A DNA stretch of 64,000 bases from Strigamia acuminata (taxonomy: Eukaryota). Made by a program: the position numbers and the translations under genes. Numbering within the stretch: the stretch's first letter is position 1; each line of letters starts with the position of its first letter. This document shows, piece by piece, positions 36,177-48,100 of this stretch. Under the pieces are notes generated by a model. The model saw only the letters and a list, made by a program, of their open reading frames with translations, was not told the DNA's origin and did no database searches. Location of the stretch: the NCBI GenBank assembly GCA_949358305.1, contig OX442314.1, forward strand, positions 10,292,001-10,356,000, written 5' to 3'.

Positions 36177-39100
36177 TCAGACAATTCTTTCACTAAGAAA
36201 ATTCCTGTGGAAATGTTTAAGTAGCCTTTGTCTCCTCCATTCATTGGGCAACAAATTCAAAGCCGCTAGCCCAAATTTTGTCGAAAGAGACCCGATAACA
36301 TACGACTCTGCCGGTGATCTACACAACATGTGGTGATTCGGCATCACCTGAAGAAGTAATTAGCGGTGATTATTGTGTTACTAATACTCGCCACTAGAGC
36401 GCGCTAGAAATACCGACTAGACTGACTAGTCTCGTGTTTCTGCGAACCTGCATAATCGGAAGGATTTGCATATGACGTCATTTCCGGTTAGTATATAACG
36501 CCGATACTTGACCGGAAACGACACTACAGTTACCACATTTCAGCAAGAGCACCATTTACCTCACCTTTCAGGCCGTTTCACGGATTGATCGAGGACCGGT
36601 GCCCGCTGACCATCTCAACTGTACAACAGCCACATTTATTTAGCGTAGCCAATCTACGCTAGAATAAATATTCGAACGATATTCGTTTAATTCGCACGAG
36701 AAAGCGAATTCTCGCGTGTTCATAACAACACGTGGAAATACCCTAGACAACAAACATAGACCACGCGTAGGACTAAACAATTGGATCCGCCATTGTTTAG
36801 CGGCAACTCGTATTCGCAGCCGAATCCGAGGACCAACACAGGAAACATCTTGACTTATATTTGTATTAGTAAGCGTGTTTTAATAAAGCAGTATTTGAAA
36901 TATATTGTATTCCCGAGTGTATTATTTATTATCTTTAACCACAAAGTCGAATCACGACACGTGGGGGCCTGTCCGGGATAGATTTGCTAACCTTAAGACA
37001 ATACTTTAAATAATAACCGGGATCTTTCGATCGATCATTATATCGTAAGAAATGACAAAAACTACCGCAGAAGATAGAAAAAGGCGTAACGACGAAAAGG
37101 ATAGAAAAGAAGCCGAAGAAATCGAACGCCAAAAAGCGGAAGAAGCGAACCACGTGGAACCAGAAGTCGAGACTAACTCGACTAAAGTTTCAACGGAATC
37201 ATCAAGTGAAAGCCTTCCCCTTGCAAGACAACTTCCGTTTACGGGAGGCGAATTCGAAGGATCAGGAAGCTCTCACGAAGAAAACGGACTAAATAAATCG
37301 TTCGAAAACCCTCGATTCGGATTGAAAAGCCCAAGACCTGTCGAAAAGGATCCCAGTGAAATGGATCTAATGACTCTTCTAAATAAAGCGGCAAACACAA
37401 GTGCCGCAATGATCAACGAGGCTGCCCGCGCAGACCAAGCAAGAACAGTCGCGTTAGAGAAGAAGAAAAACGAATTGATGGAAGATTTAGCCAGAGAGCA
37501 TCGCGAGAAATTAGCTGCCATGGAACAGAGCTTGGCACAAGAACACCAAGCTAAACAAATGGCACTGGAGCGCGAGCTGGCTCGAGAATTGCTCGCGAAG
37601 CAGAAAATAATCGAACGAGAAATGGCAAAGGACTGCCAGATCCGGCCGCCAAGCAACGGGTTAAGCCAGCATTCGGAGCCAAACTCCGTACAGAGCTCCC
37701 CAGAACGGTCTCACACAGCTAAGGAGCTGGTAGCCAAAGCAATAGAAGTAACTCGGGTAGCTTGCGCACACGGCATCGAGATCGACCAGGACAAGGATCC
37801 CTACGCAGAGCTAAGCCGAGTAATCGACCTAGTAAATCAGAGGACTGAAAAACGATCGGCAGATAACACGGCCAGACGCGGAGAGAAACGACGTCGGGTC
37901 GGAGCAGATCGACAACAGTCCGAGACAGGCGGCGAAGCAACGTCAGACAGCGAAAGTATCGACTCTCAAGCATCTCACGGCAGTATCCGAGTCAACGGAC
38001 TAGATAGCATCTTGAACGAATCGGACGAAGTCAAAGGAGAACTGTACGAGGCGTTTATACAAGATAGGAGGAATAATCAGGGCGCGCAATCATGGGCAAT
38101 AAAAAACTCATTCGCAATGAAAACTGGCCAAACCAGTAATAACAACCCAGGCGACCCTAACGCAGAACTAATCAGATGTATAAATCAGAAGAATCAAATA
38201 CGCAACGAAGTAGGTCAAAATAAACTGGCCATGCCGACGCTCGAGGAGATTAACGCAGTTAAAAATCACCTCGAAAAGAAACACGCCGCCGAAGCGTATG
38301 CTGGGAGAGATTCCTACGTTTTTATCAAAAAAACGAACGAAGGCCTCACGGGGACCCGACTGGACGATCTGATACCGCCCGGAACAAAGTTGAGCCAAAC
38401 CTCCGCTCCAGAGAAAGCGAACCCAGATAACTCAACCATAGCGCAAGACCTCACGAATAACCCGAACACCGCGGAATCATCAGGGAAAACGTCGTTCCAA
38501 CACAATCAGTTCGGACTGACGGGCAACGGTACGCATTACCCAAGCCTCCCTTCCGACAATCCACGATCATCACCGCTGCTTAGTGAGACTGACTCGCTAA
38601 GCAACCAACTACGGACGATGAGAGACGAACTCCTTCAGGCCATGGACCAAAAGCTTCAACAAAGCCGTGGCCAAGAGACCGAGGAGGACGATCGAAGCGA
38701 AGGATTGTTGAAACGTTACTCCGCAGACCGATGGCTGTATTCTCGCAAGGATAACAACATCAAGTGGACGACCCTGAGACTAATTAAGTTCGACGGATCC
38801 TGGAACGCCGGCAACTTGTTTTTGGACGAAGTCGCCCTGACGATTAATCGCTTAGGAGCGGAACCCGACGAAATGGTTGCACGCGGAATACCAGAAATGC
38901 TGATCAACCGGGCCCGAAACTGGTACGCTGATGTCCAACCCCGAAACTGGGAAGATTTCGTCATAAAGTTCCACAATCAATATGGCGAGACGAGCCAAGA
39001 AATCCAGAAAAGAGTAAGCTCTATGAAGCAAGCTCCCGGGGAAACTCTGAGGGAATACGTACAACGAGCCGACAGCCTGTTCCGTGAAATGGACAAACCA

Positions 39101-42100
39101 TTTGACCAACACGCTCAGAAAGCTCTCTTCGAACAAGGACTAAACGAAACCGCAACCAAAGTCCTACGAGAAATGAACGCTCCTAAGGGGGATAATTTCA
39201 AAGCCATCCTAGCTTTCGTCGAGAAGAAACACACCGAAGTAAATGCTCGGTATAACGAAAATCTGACAAAAGAAGAGCGAGCTCTAGGAGTGGCCCGACA
39301 GCAACGAATACAGGAGCGCAGCATAGACTCCACTAAGCTGCTCCAATCGCGAAATTATCTAAACGGAAGTATAGAGCCACTCCCCTCAAAGAAAAACCAA
39401 CAAGCTTCTAACCCTTTACCACCTCCGAGTAAGGCCTATCGCACGCAAACTAACGCCGCCGAGGAAAAGTCGGAAGACGAAGTAAGCGAAGACTCTGAGC
39501 AATTCTCGGAAAGCGATGAGGCTGACGAAGGTATCAACGATGTGGTACACGCAAACATGGGGAAGGAACTGGCGCCCAGCTACCGACCTCAGATGAAGTC
39601 CAGAAAATCGGAACACCACAACCCGAAAACAGAGGCGACTTCCGAGAAGAAGGACTACCCCAAAAAACCTTTTGAGCGGGAGGGAAAGAAGAAAAGCCCT
39701 TGTAATTTCTGTAACGAAGACGGCCACTGGCGTCAGGCCTGCCCAAAACTGGCAAAGAAAAAAGCCGACGACAAGGCCGCAGAGCGTGAGGAGCTAGTGA
39801 AATTGCTCGCGAAGGAACAAGACAAAATCTTGAAGGAACTCACCGCCAAACTCGACAGTATGACAAAAAACTGGAACTCGCGGGCGGAACAAAAGTGATT
39901 CCACATCCGCTCGCGATAACTTCGAAAACGATGGACCTTACTCTGGTGGAAAAACAAATTAAAGAAATGGAAAAATTGTTGGAATTCTTCGAGGAAGCTG
40001 CCAACGAGGAAGTCACAACTCCAACCAAAAAACGGAAATTCGAAATTAGAGACGAAGACGGTATAGCCAACGCTTTCATGACTTTGCCGCTTGACCAAGG
40101 GGCCAATCCTCTTAAAAAGCGAATACTTCGTTGCAACCTATCAACAGAAGCGAAGAGCGTACTGGCTAAAATACCAGTCTCTTTCGGCAAAAAGGTGTTA
40201 ATGGGACTACTCGACTCGGGAGCGGATCAGTCGTTTATCTCCACCGACTTATTCGAATCACTCGAAGAAAAAATACAGAAAAAATTACGGGGAATGAACG
40301 AGAACATTCGAGTTCTTACAGCAGCGGGAGAAGTTAGAGCAGTGGGGACGTTATCAACCGATTTTGTATGGGAAGGAGGCACGATTAAGCATTTCTTCAT
40401 CGTGTTACCAACCCGAGACACAATCCTGCTGATAGGAATGGATTTGATGGAACGGATGAACATCCAGCCCAACCCAGTCACACGTTCGTGGAATTACATC
40501 GACAACCACGAGGACCCACGACTACCCATAATACCTCCGGAACTCCTAGACAAAGCTAAGGACGACGAGGAATGGGGAGGAGGCGAAATTAAGAAGTTCA
40601 TCCAAGACTATAATTTTAAGTCGTTTAATACTATCCTCCAAGAGGAGAATTTAATACATAATCTGGCCATGGACGCCAATCTTGGAGAAGAACAAACGAA
40701 ACTCCTCGAGGAAATGCTCAAGAAGCACTCGAAGAACTTAAATAAAGATCCAGGAAAGACTAGTTACGTAATGCACGAGATCGAATTGGTTACGGGAAAA
40801 CCGGTGCGAGTACCTTTTAAAACTATGAATCCCCAAAAGAGACATATCGTAAGAACGATGTGCAACGAGTTGCTCGAAAAAGGGATCGTGTCGCACGCCA
40901 TCGGAGAATATGGAATGAGGATTGTCCTCGTCATGCGACCAGGCTCCGAACCGCGCCTCTGCATCGATTATAGACCTTTAAACGCCATAACCGTCATCGA
41001 CCCCATCCAAATGCCGTCAATAGAAGCGATTCTACGGGAGCTCGCCCCATTTAACTGGGTCACGACCATGGACTTGTCCAAGGGTTACTGGCAGGTTGAA
41101 TTGCGGGAAGAGGATAAAGAGAAAACAGCTTTTTGGGCACCACAGGGTCGACTGATGTTTAATGTAATGCCCTTCGGGTTAGTAAACGCACCCGCCACCT
41201 TTCAAAAACTAATAGAAAAAGTTCTCGGCGATGCCTTACACAAATACGCATGGGCTTACCTCGATGATATAGTCATAGTCTCCCAAACTTTTGAAGACCA
41301 CCTGATACACGTGAATGACGTCATGGAGCGACTCACAAAAGCCGGTCTAAACATTCATCCAGGGAAAAGTAAATTTTGCCGCAAAGAATTGGCATTCCTG
41401 GGTTACACAGTCGGAACAGGTGGCCTATCCATCGACCCGAAAAAGACCCAGGCGATTAGCCAGTTCCCCGCCCCGGAAGATGTAAAAGGAGTCCAACGTT
41501 TCATGGGCATGATGAATTTCTTCAATCGATTGCTCCCAAATTTGGCAGACGTCGCGGCACCCATCACAGATCTGTTACGCAACGATAAAGATTTCGAGTG
41601 GACTGACCACTGCGAAACATCGTTTAACAAGATAAAACAAATGCTGATCGATGTAAAACGAATTCCCCTACCAGATCTTAATCGAGAATTCACTCTTCAC
41701 ACCGACGCCAGTCGAATTGGCCTAGGTGCTGCGTTGCTTCAAAAGCATGACATCGACGGAGTAGTGTTAGAGGTCCCGACGATGTTCATCAGCCGGAAAT
41801 TACAAGCAGCCGAAAAGAATTATAATGCGACAGAGTTAGAATGTCTAGCCGTCGTCTGGGCAATCCGAAAATTCAGACCATACCTGGAATTTACCAAGTT
41901 CAACGTACAAACTGACCACGAAGCACTAAAGTGGTTAATGGCGTTGAAGGAACCGTCCGGAAGAATGGCTCGCTGGCAGCTAGAATTAATGGCTTGTGAC
42001 TTAATCATTGAATACCGACCCGGAAAATTCAACGTCGTGGCAGACGCCCTCTCACGAGCCCCAGCTTCAGACCCCGAAGACGAGACCGACTGCGGAGAGG

Positions 42101-45100
42101 ACGACTCACGCCTCTTCTACTGTCCGAACCCCGTCCGAAAATGGGAATTTAAAAAGCTAAACGAATTACCCAAGGAGAAACTCGAGTCAGGAGACCAAAA
42201 TTATTACAATTATTGGCTCCGAGCATACCAGTCTGTCAAGGACGCTCACCCAAATTACGAGCTAACGATAGAACCTCGAATCTCCGACAAGTACGTTCGA
42301 GCATTCGTCGCCCACGTAAGCAAGGGGACGAATAGTAAGCCGCCCACCAGGGACGAATTAATAGCCGCCCAGATGACAGACGACTTCTGTAAAACTTATC
42401 GAAACTTCATCACAGATAAAAAATTTCCCGACGAGAATTTCGACGAAATCCAACGCGAAGAATTCGAAAGAGAAGCCTCCACGTACTTAATCGAGGATGG
42501 ACTTCTACTAAAACACCACCCGAATTTCCGCGATGATCTGACGGAGACGGGAACTTCGATGAAAGTCGTTATACCCAGGAGTCTGCTGACAAGGTTTCTG
42601 TGGATGGTCCACGGACACCCGCTCGCCGGACATTCTGGAGTGGCCAGAACGATCTACCGAGCAAATCAACTTTATTTCTGGCCAAAAATGACCCGAGATA
42701 TCGTTCGTTTTATTCATCACTGCCCCAGATGCCAAGCGTGCAAGCCGAGGACGCCCAAGAGCTACGAGAGAATCTCACTTGGCCCTTTCGCACCCTTCGA
42801 TTGCTGGAGCGTGGATTTAATGGGCCCAAAGCCCACGTCATCCAATAAAAACAAATATATATTAGTAATCATGGATGTCGCGACTGGATGGCCCGAACTC
42901 TTTCCAATGGAGAGACCAACTAAGCAAAAAATCATTCGATGTTTGTACGAAGTGGCGCTTCATTTTGGATTCCCTCGAAAATTAATCTCCGATAATGGAC
43001 CACAATTCGCGTCAAATTTGTACAAAGACTTCTGTAAAAAATTCGACATCGAGACATCATATACATCAACCTATAATCCACGGGCCAATCCCGTCGAAAG
43101 GTTAAATCGCGATATAAAATATGCACTAGCAATTTTCACCGATGTTCACTCCAGCTGGGACGAATATCTTCGTGAAATTGCCTTCAGCATCCGCACAACG
43201 ATCTCAAGGAACCGCAAATTTTCTCCCGCGTTTCTAAACTTCGCTCGGGAACTCAGAGTACCCTGGGACCCACGAATACCGGAGGAAATACTGGAAATTG
43301 ATCCTGAGAAGCCTCATATTTATGTCGACAGACTGGAGCAAATAATTTCGGCCACTTATCAGCACATGATGTCACACATATTCGACATGAGAGATCGTAT
43401 TAGCATTGCTGGAAAGGATCGGCCCTTCTGCAATTTTAAAGTCAATGACCTCGTCTGGAAAGACACACATATTCAGTCCAGCGCCAATAAGGGGGTCCAC
43501 GCAGGCTTAGCAGACAAACGCGACGGCCCGTACGTCATACTCGAAGCCCACGGCGGAAACGCTTTCAAGCTAAAAAGATTGGCAGACAACGTTAATTTTA
43601 GATCGATCCACGCCCGAGAATTAACTCCATACTTACCTGAGTTTCCTCAAGAGGCTTGGACGGAATATCAGACGAAACCAGCGCAAAATCCAATTATTCG
43701 CGACATGTTTTTAGATGAACAAACTGGCCCAACCAATTTAGTTCAAGATGAGTCACACGAAGCGGCCGACGCCCCGGATGAGATTTCGGAGAGGGAGGAA
43801 ATAGTCGAAGAATCTCCTAAAAAAGGAAAGCAATCAAACAAAAATAAGACTACAAGAATCCTCAAACCTGATAAAATATACGGTATGCGTCGACACAAGC
43901 CAAACCCGTTCATAAAAGACGGGAAACTCGTCGGAAAACAAAAAGCGACTCCGGCCATTGTCTCAAACAATCGATAAAAACAACCACAGGGGGGACACCT
44001 GTTACGTCCCACAATGCGTCTTAATTGGCCAAACCAATCAAAGATGACATGAGACTAATAGTTAACTTCTAACCCGACCCACATTTATCACTGTCATCTC
44101 CGACTAAGCGACGATCACCTCGAGGCAGCCGTAAATCAAAGTATCAAATTAATTTCCGAAAAATGAAAAGAAATGATTGGAAGAAAGAAATTGAACGGGC
44201 CGTAAACAACGCTTCCGAGGATGACGATGAAGATCAAGTGGATTTGTTACAAATCATTGTAAACAACGAAGAGGGAAATTGGGACGAACCCAATGAACCC
44301 GATGTCCAACCCGACGTAAGTAAAAAAAAAAATAGAAAAAATTCAAGTATCGATAATCAAAAATACGAAATAAGTTCGTGGACTGACCACAAACGAAAAA
44401 ATAATTTAACTTTAAGTGACAAATTATCAAAATTAATCAAATACCGAAAGAAAAATTAACTTCAAAACACGTGGTCGAAAAGCACATGGCCGACCATGAC
44501 GCCATCTTGTGTTAGACGAAAGAATCTCTACAAAAATATGACAAATTAATCAACGATCCTAATATATTTATTAATATTCTAATATTTAGGACGGATATCG
44601 CACTACGTGGGGGCAAATCGACCCGAAAAGAGTTTCCGCAGGCAGCTTATGGCGCGAAGTAATCCCCATACTGTTCCGACAAGCGCTCGAAGAAGCGGTC
44701 GACTTTGAACCATGGAAAATTCGCCTTTTATTGTCCCGTGCGATCAGCCGCTACTGGTCCAGCCAGCAAACGTTGATCCACTACATGCCGCGCCAATATC
44801 AAGCAGCTTTACGGGCAGTTATCTCGAGAAATATGGACCCGCCAGCGCCAATCCCGAATCCACTAATCCGAGCCGCCTTTCCTGACGACCAGCGAGGATG
44901 GGACGTTTACGAACAATGGCGCGACGCCGAAACAGATGAAGAAAAACACCAGATCCATATGGCATATTACGAAGAAGTAAGGCGGACCGCACATGACGAG
45001 GTTTTCAATTATCTACAGCCGGACGGTTACTCGACCGAGGAAATCAGGTTTTGGCTCCTTCAGATCCGCGAAGACCGGCCCGACCGCCCAGATTGGAGAC

Positions 45101-48100
45101 CGAGACACGGTTTCATCACCTCGCAACGAGCAATGCATCAATTGCATTTTTTGGGCTTCTTTGGTCGCAAACGCCAGAAAGCCGAGAAACGTCTCTCCAA
45201 CGAGCACGACGAAGCAGGCTGCTCAGCGAAGAAACAATGCCTGGACAAGCCAAGCACTTCCAGCAGCGCGCAGAATAAGAAACCCGCGACAGAGAAACGC
45301 CTGGCCAAACCAAGCGCTCTCTCTCGCCTGGGAAAGACGGAGGCCCCACAAACATCGCGATTTCAATCCAGGGACGCCCCGTCAACCAGCCGAAGAAGAG
45401 AAAATGTGCGCGAACGCCCCGACCGTCGAGAGGATCAACGCAGACGCGATAGGAACCAAGAAAATTGGGACGATTATCGTAGAAATTACTTCCGACGGCG
45501 GGAAGAAAACAAGGAATCCTGGAATAGACATCGAGAGGAGTTCCTACGCGAACGTGATGAGAAAGCCCGACGTGAACGAGAGAACCTCCGGTTACAGGAC
45601 GAACGAAGAAGGAGAGGATCGGAGAGTCGCGCACGTTCATGGAAAGCGTATCGCGAAGAGGAATTACGACAGCGAGATAGGAGACGCTGTGAAGTCATCA
45701 AATCGATTTGGGACAGTCCCGAACCGATGAAGATTGACGACGAAGTGATTATCGACGAGGTCCCCGAGCAGAAGAAGATGTATACTCAGGCGGATCTCCT
45801 CGCGGTGGTTATGAAATACCAACAAATGCAGCCGAAACCAGTCTACCGCCCGACTCCCTCGACCGCCTCGAGTCTAGAGACGGCGCCAAGTGCTTTCATC
45901 AAGCCGGAACTCTCACAGACGAGAAGCGTAACATCCAGCGTCAGCCTCCCAAGCGCCTTTCGCAAGAAAGTGATAATCGGCGCACCGACACTGAGTTCTG
46001 AAGAACAACTCAGACATCGAGAAGCTCGCTTTGGACCGACCAAAGTCGAACCTCTCCCAACTATCCCCGAAGCCTCAACTTCAACGAGAACTCCAATCGT
46101 TTGGGACAAGCCCGAACCGGAAAAATCAAGACGTCTGGTCAGATCTGTGCCTCAGCCAACGACATCCACGGGACCCAATCCGATGTTGCCAGCCCCAGCA
46201 GCCATCCAAGCCTCGACTCCAATCAACCCTTCGGAGGTAACGTTGCAACAGTTTCTGGAGGTAACGACCGTGGAGCAAGCTAGAGCGCTTTTGTGCGAGA
46301 TGGACTCCTACCAACAAAACGTGATCCAAAACGTCATCACGAACCTTCAGCGGATCTCAATTGAATATACGCAGAACAAAAATCGGGATCATCCAAATTG
46401 GAATACGAGGATCGTGGTTGCCATTACCGACTTGATGTCGATTTTGCTGGCCGCCGCCACCTTCCGAAACGCACGTGTTGCTGTAGCAGCCTGGATCGTG
46501 GTGGCCCACGAGGGTTTCCAAGTTCCGCCGGCTCTCGTAGACAGCTGGACACGTCTGGTGCCCTCTGCGGCAGTAATTCGAGCCCAAATGGTGGCCCAGG
46601 ACCCGGATCCAGAGGCCTCCTACCAGAACGTTCGAGCGATAATTCAACGCTCGCTCCCGTCACCTTCGGCGGCCACGCCAACCGCAGAGACTCCGGTTCC
46701 CAGGGATCCGACGCCTCCTCCTCCGCCTCCGCCGAGGGAGAAGGGACCCTCCGAGCCACTGGCCGAACCAGTCCCGCTCAAGAAGAAGGAACCCAAGAAA
46801 AAGATGCTCCTCCCAAAGTCGAGCAAGAAGGTTCCAAAGACGACAGAGCCTCAAATCGCCGCCAGACTCAGGATGTACTTCCCAGGGTTGTCCTTTACGA
46901 AGGACACGGAGGCAAAACTACTCCAGTCTCCAGATCGTGGCTATTCTCTTTACGTCTGGATGAAGGACGCTATCGAAGCCGGAGCCGGAGGCGAGCGCTT
47001 CATCCAACATCAACGACTACTCCGAGCCCATCGCGCACCAACCAGCATCGCCGAGGCCCAAAGAATCCACCACACCAATCAAGGTATGTCGGCCTTCCTG
47101 CCACCAATTTGGGCCCACGAACGAACGGGAAATCCGCTGGAAGCGCCGGGACACCTACGTTTCTACTTGAATGAGAGCGAAGACCCCTCGGACTACTCTT
47201 CAAGACTGACCACATCTCCCAACCTGGACGAACCAAGTTCGGAAGATAAGCCGAGTTATGCCGATAACTTGAAGAAATAAGTAATTAGAAATCGTGACGA
47301 GAAGACTGTCTTCTCCAAACTAGGAAATTATTATTATTCGTTTGCGTATCAATTATTTAAGAATGTAAAATATTTTATGCACCATTCATCATCATTTAAA
47401 TAAAAAGATTATTTTATGATTAGATATTGTTCCTCCTTTTATTTAAGGGACCCCGATGATTTATTCTCGGGGAGGGACGTGTGGTGATTCGGCATCACCT
47501 GAAGAAGTAATTAGCGGTGATTATTGTGTTACTAATACTCGCCACTAGAGCGCGCTAGAAATACCGACTAGACTGACTAGTCTCGTGTTTCTGCGAACCT
47601 GCATAATCGGAAGGATTTGCATATGACGTCATTTCCGGTTAGTATATAACGCCGATACTTGACCGGAAACGACACTACAGTTACCACATTTCAGCAAGAG
47701 CACCATTTACCTCACCTTTCAGGCCGTTTCACGGATTGATCGAGGACCGGTGCCCGCTGACCATCTCAACTGTACAACAGCCACATTTATTTAGCGTAGC
47801 CAATCTACGCTAGAATAAATATTCGAACGATATTCGTTTAATTCGCACGAGAAAGCGAATTCTCGCGTGTTCATAACAACACGTGGAAATACCCTAGACA
47901 ACAAACATAGACCACGCGTAGGACTAAACAATTGGATCCGCCATTGTTTAGCGGCAACTCGTATTCGCAGCCGAATCCGAGGACCAACACAGGAAACATC
48001 TTGACTTATATTTGTATTAGTAAGCGTGTTTTAATAAAGCAGTATTTGAAATATATTGTATTCCCGAGTGTATTATTTATTATCTTTAACCACAAAGTCG

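Noticed and set aside
44590..47280. ORF3 as an envelope glycoprotein
   Set aside because: No signal peptide, Cys-rich ectodomain or C-terminal TM anchor; highly charged and Pro-rich
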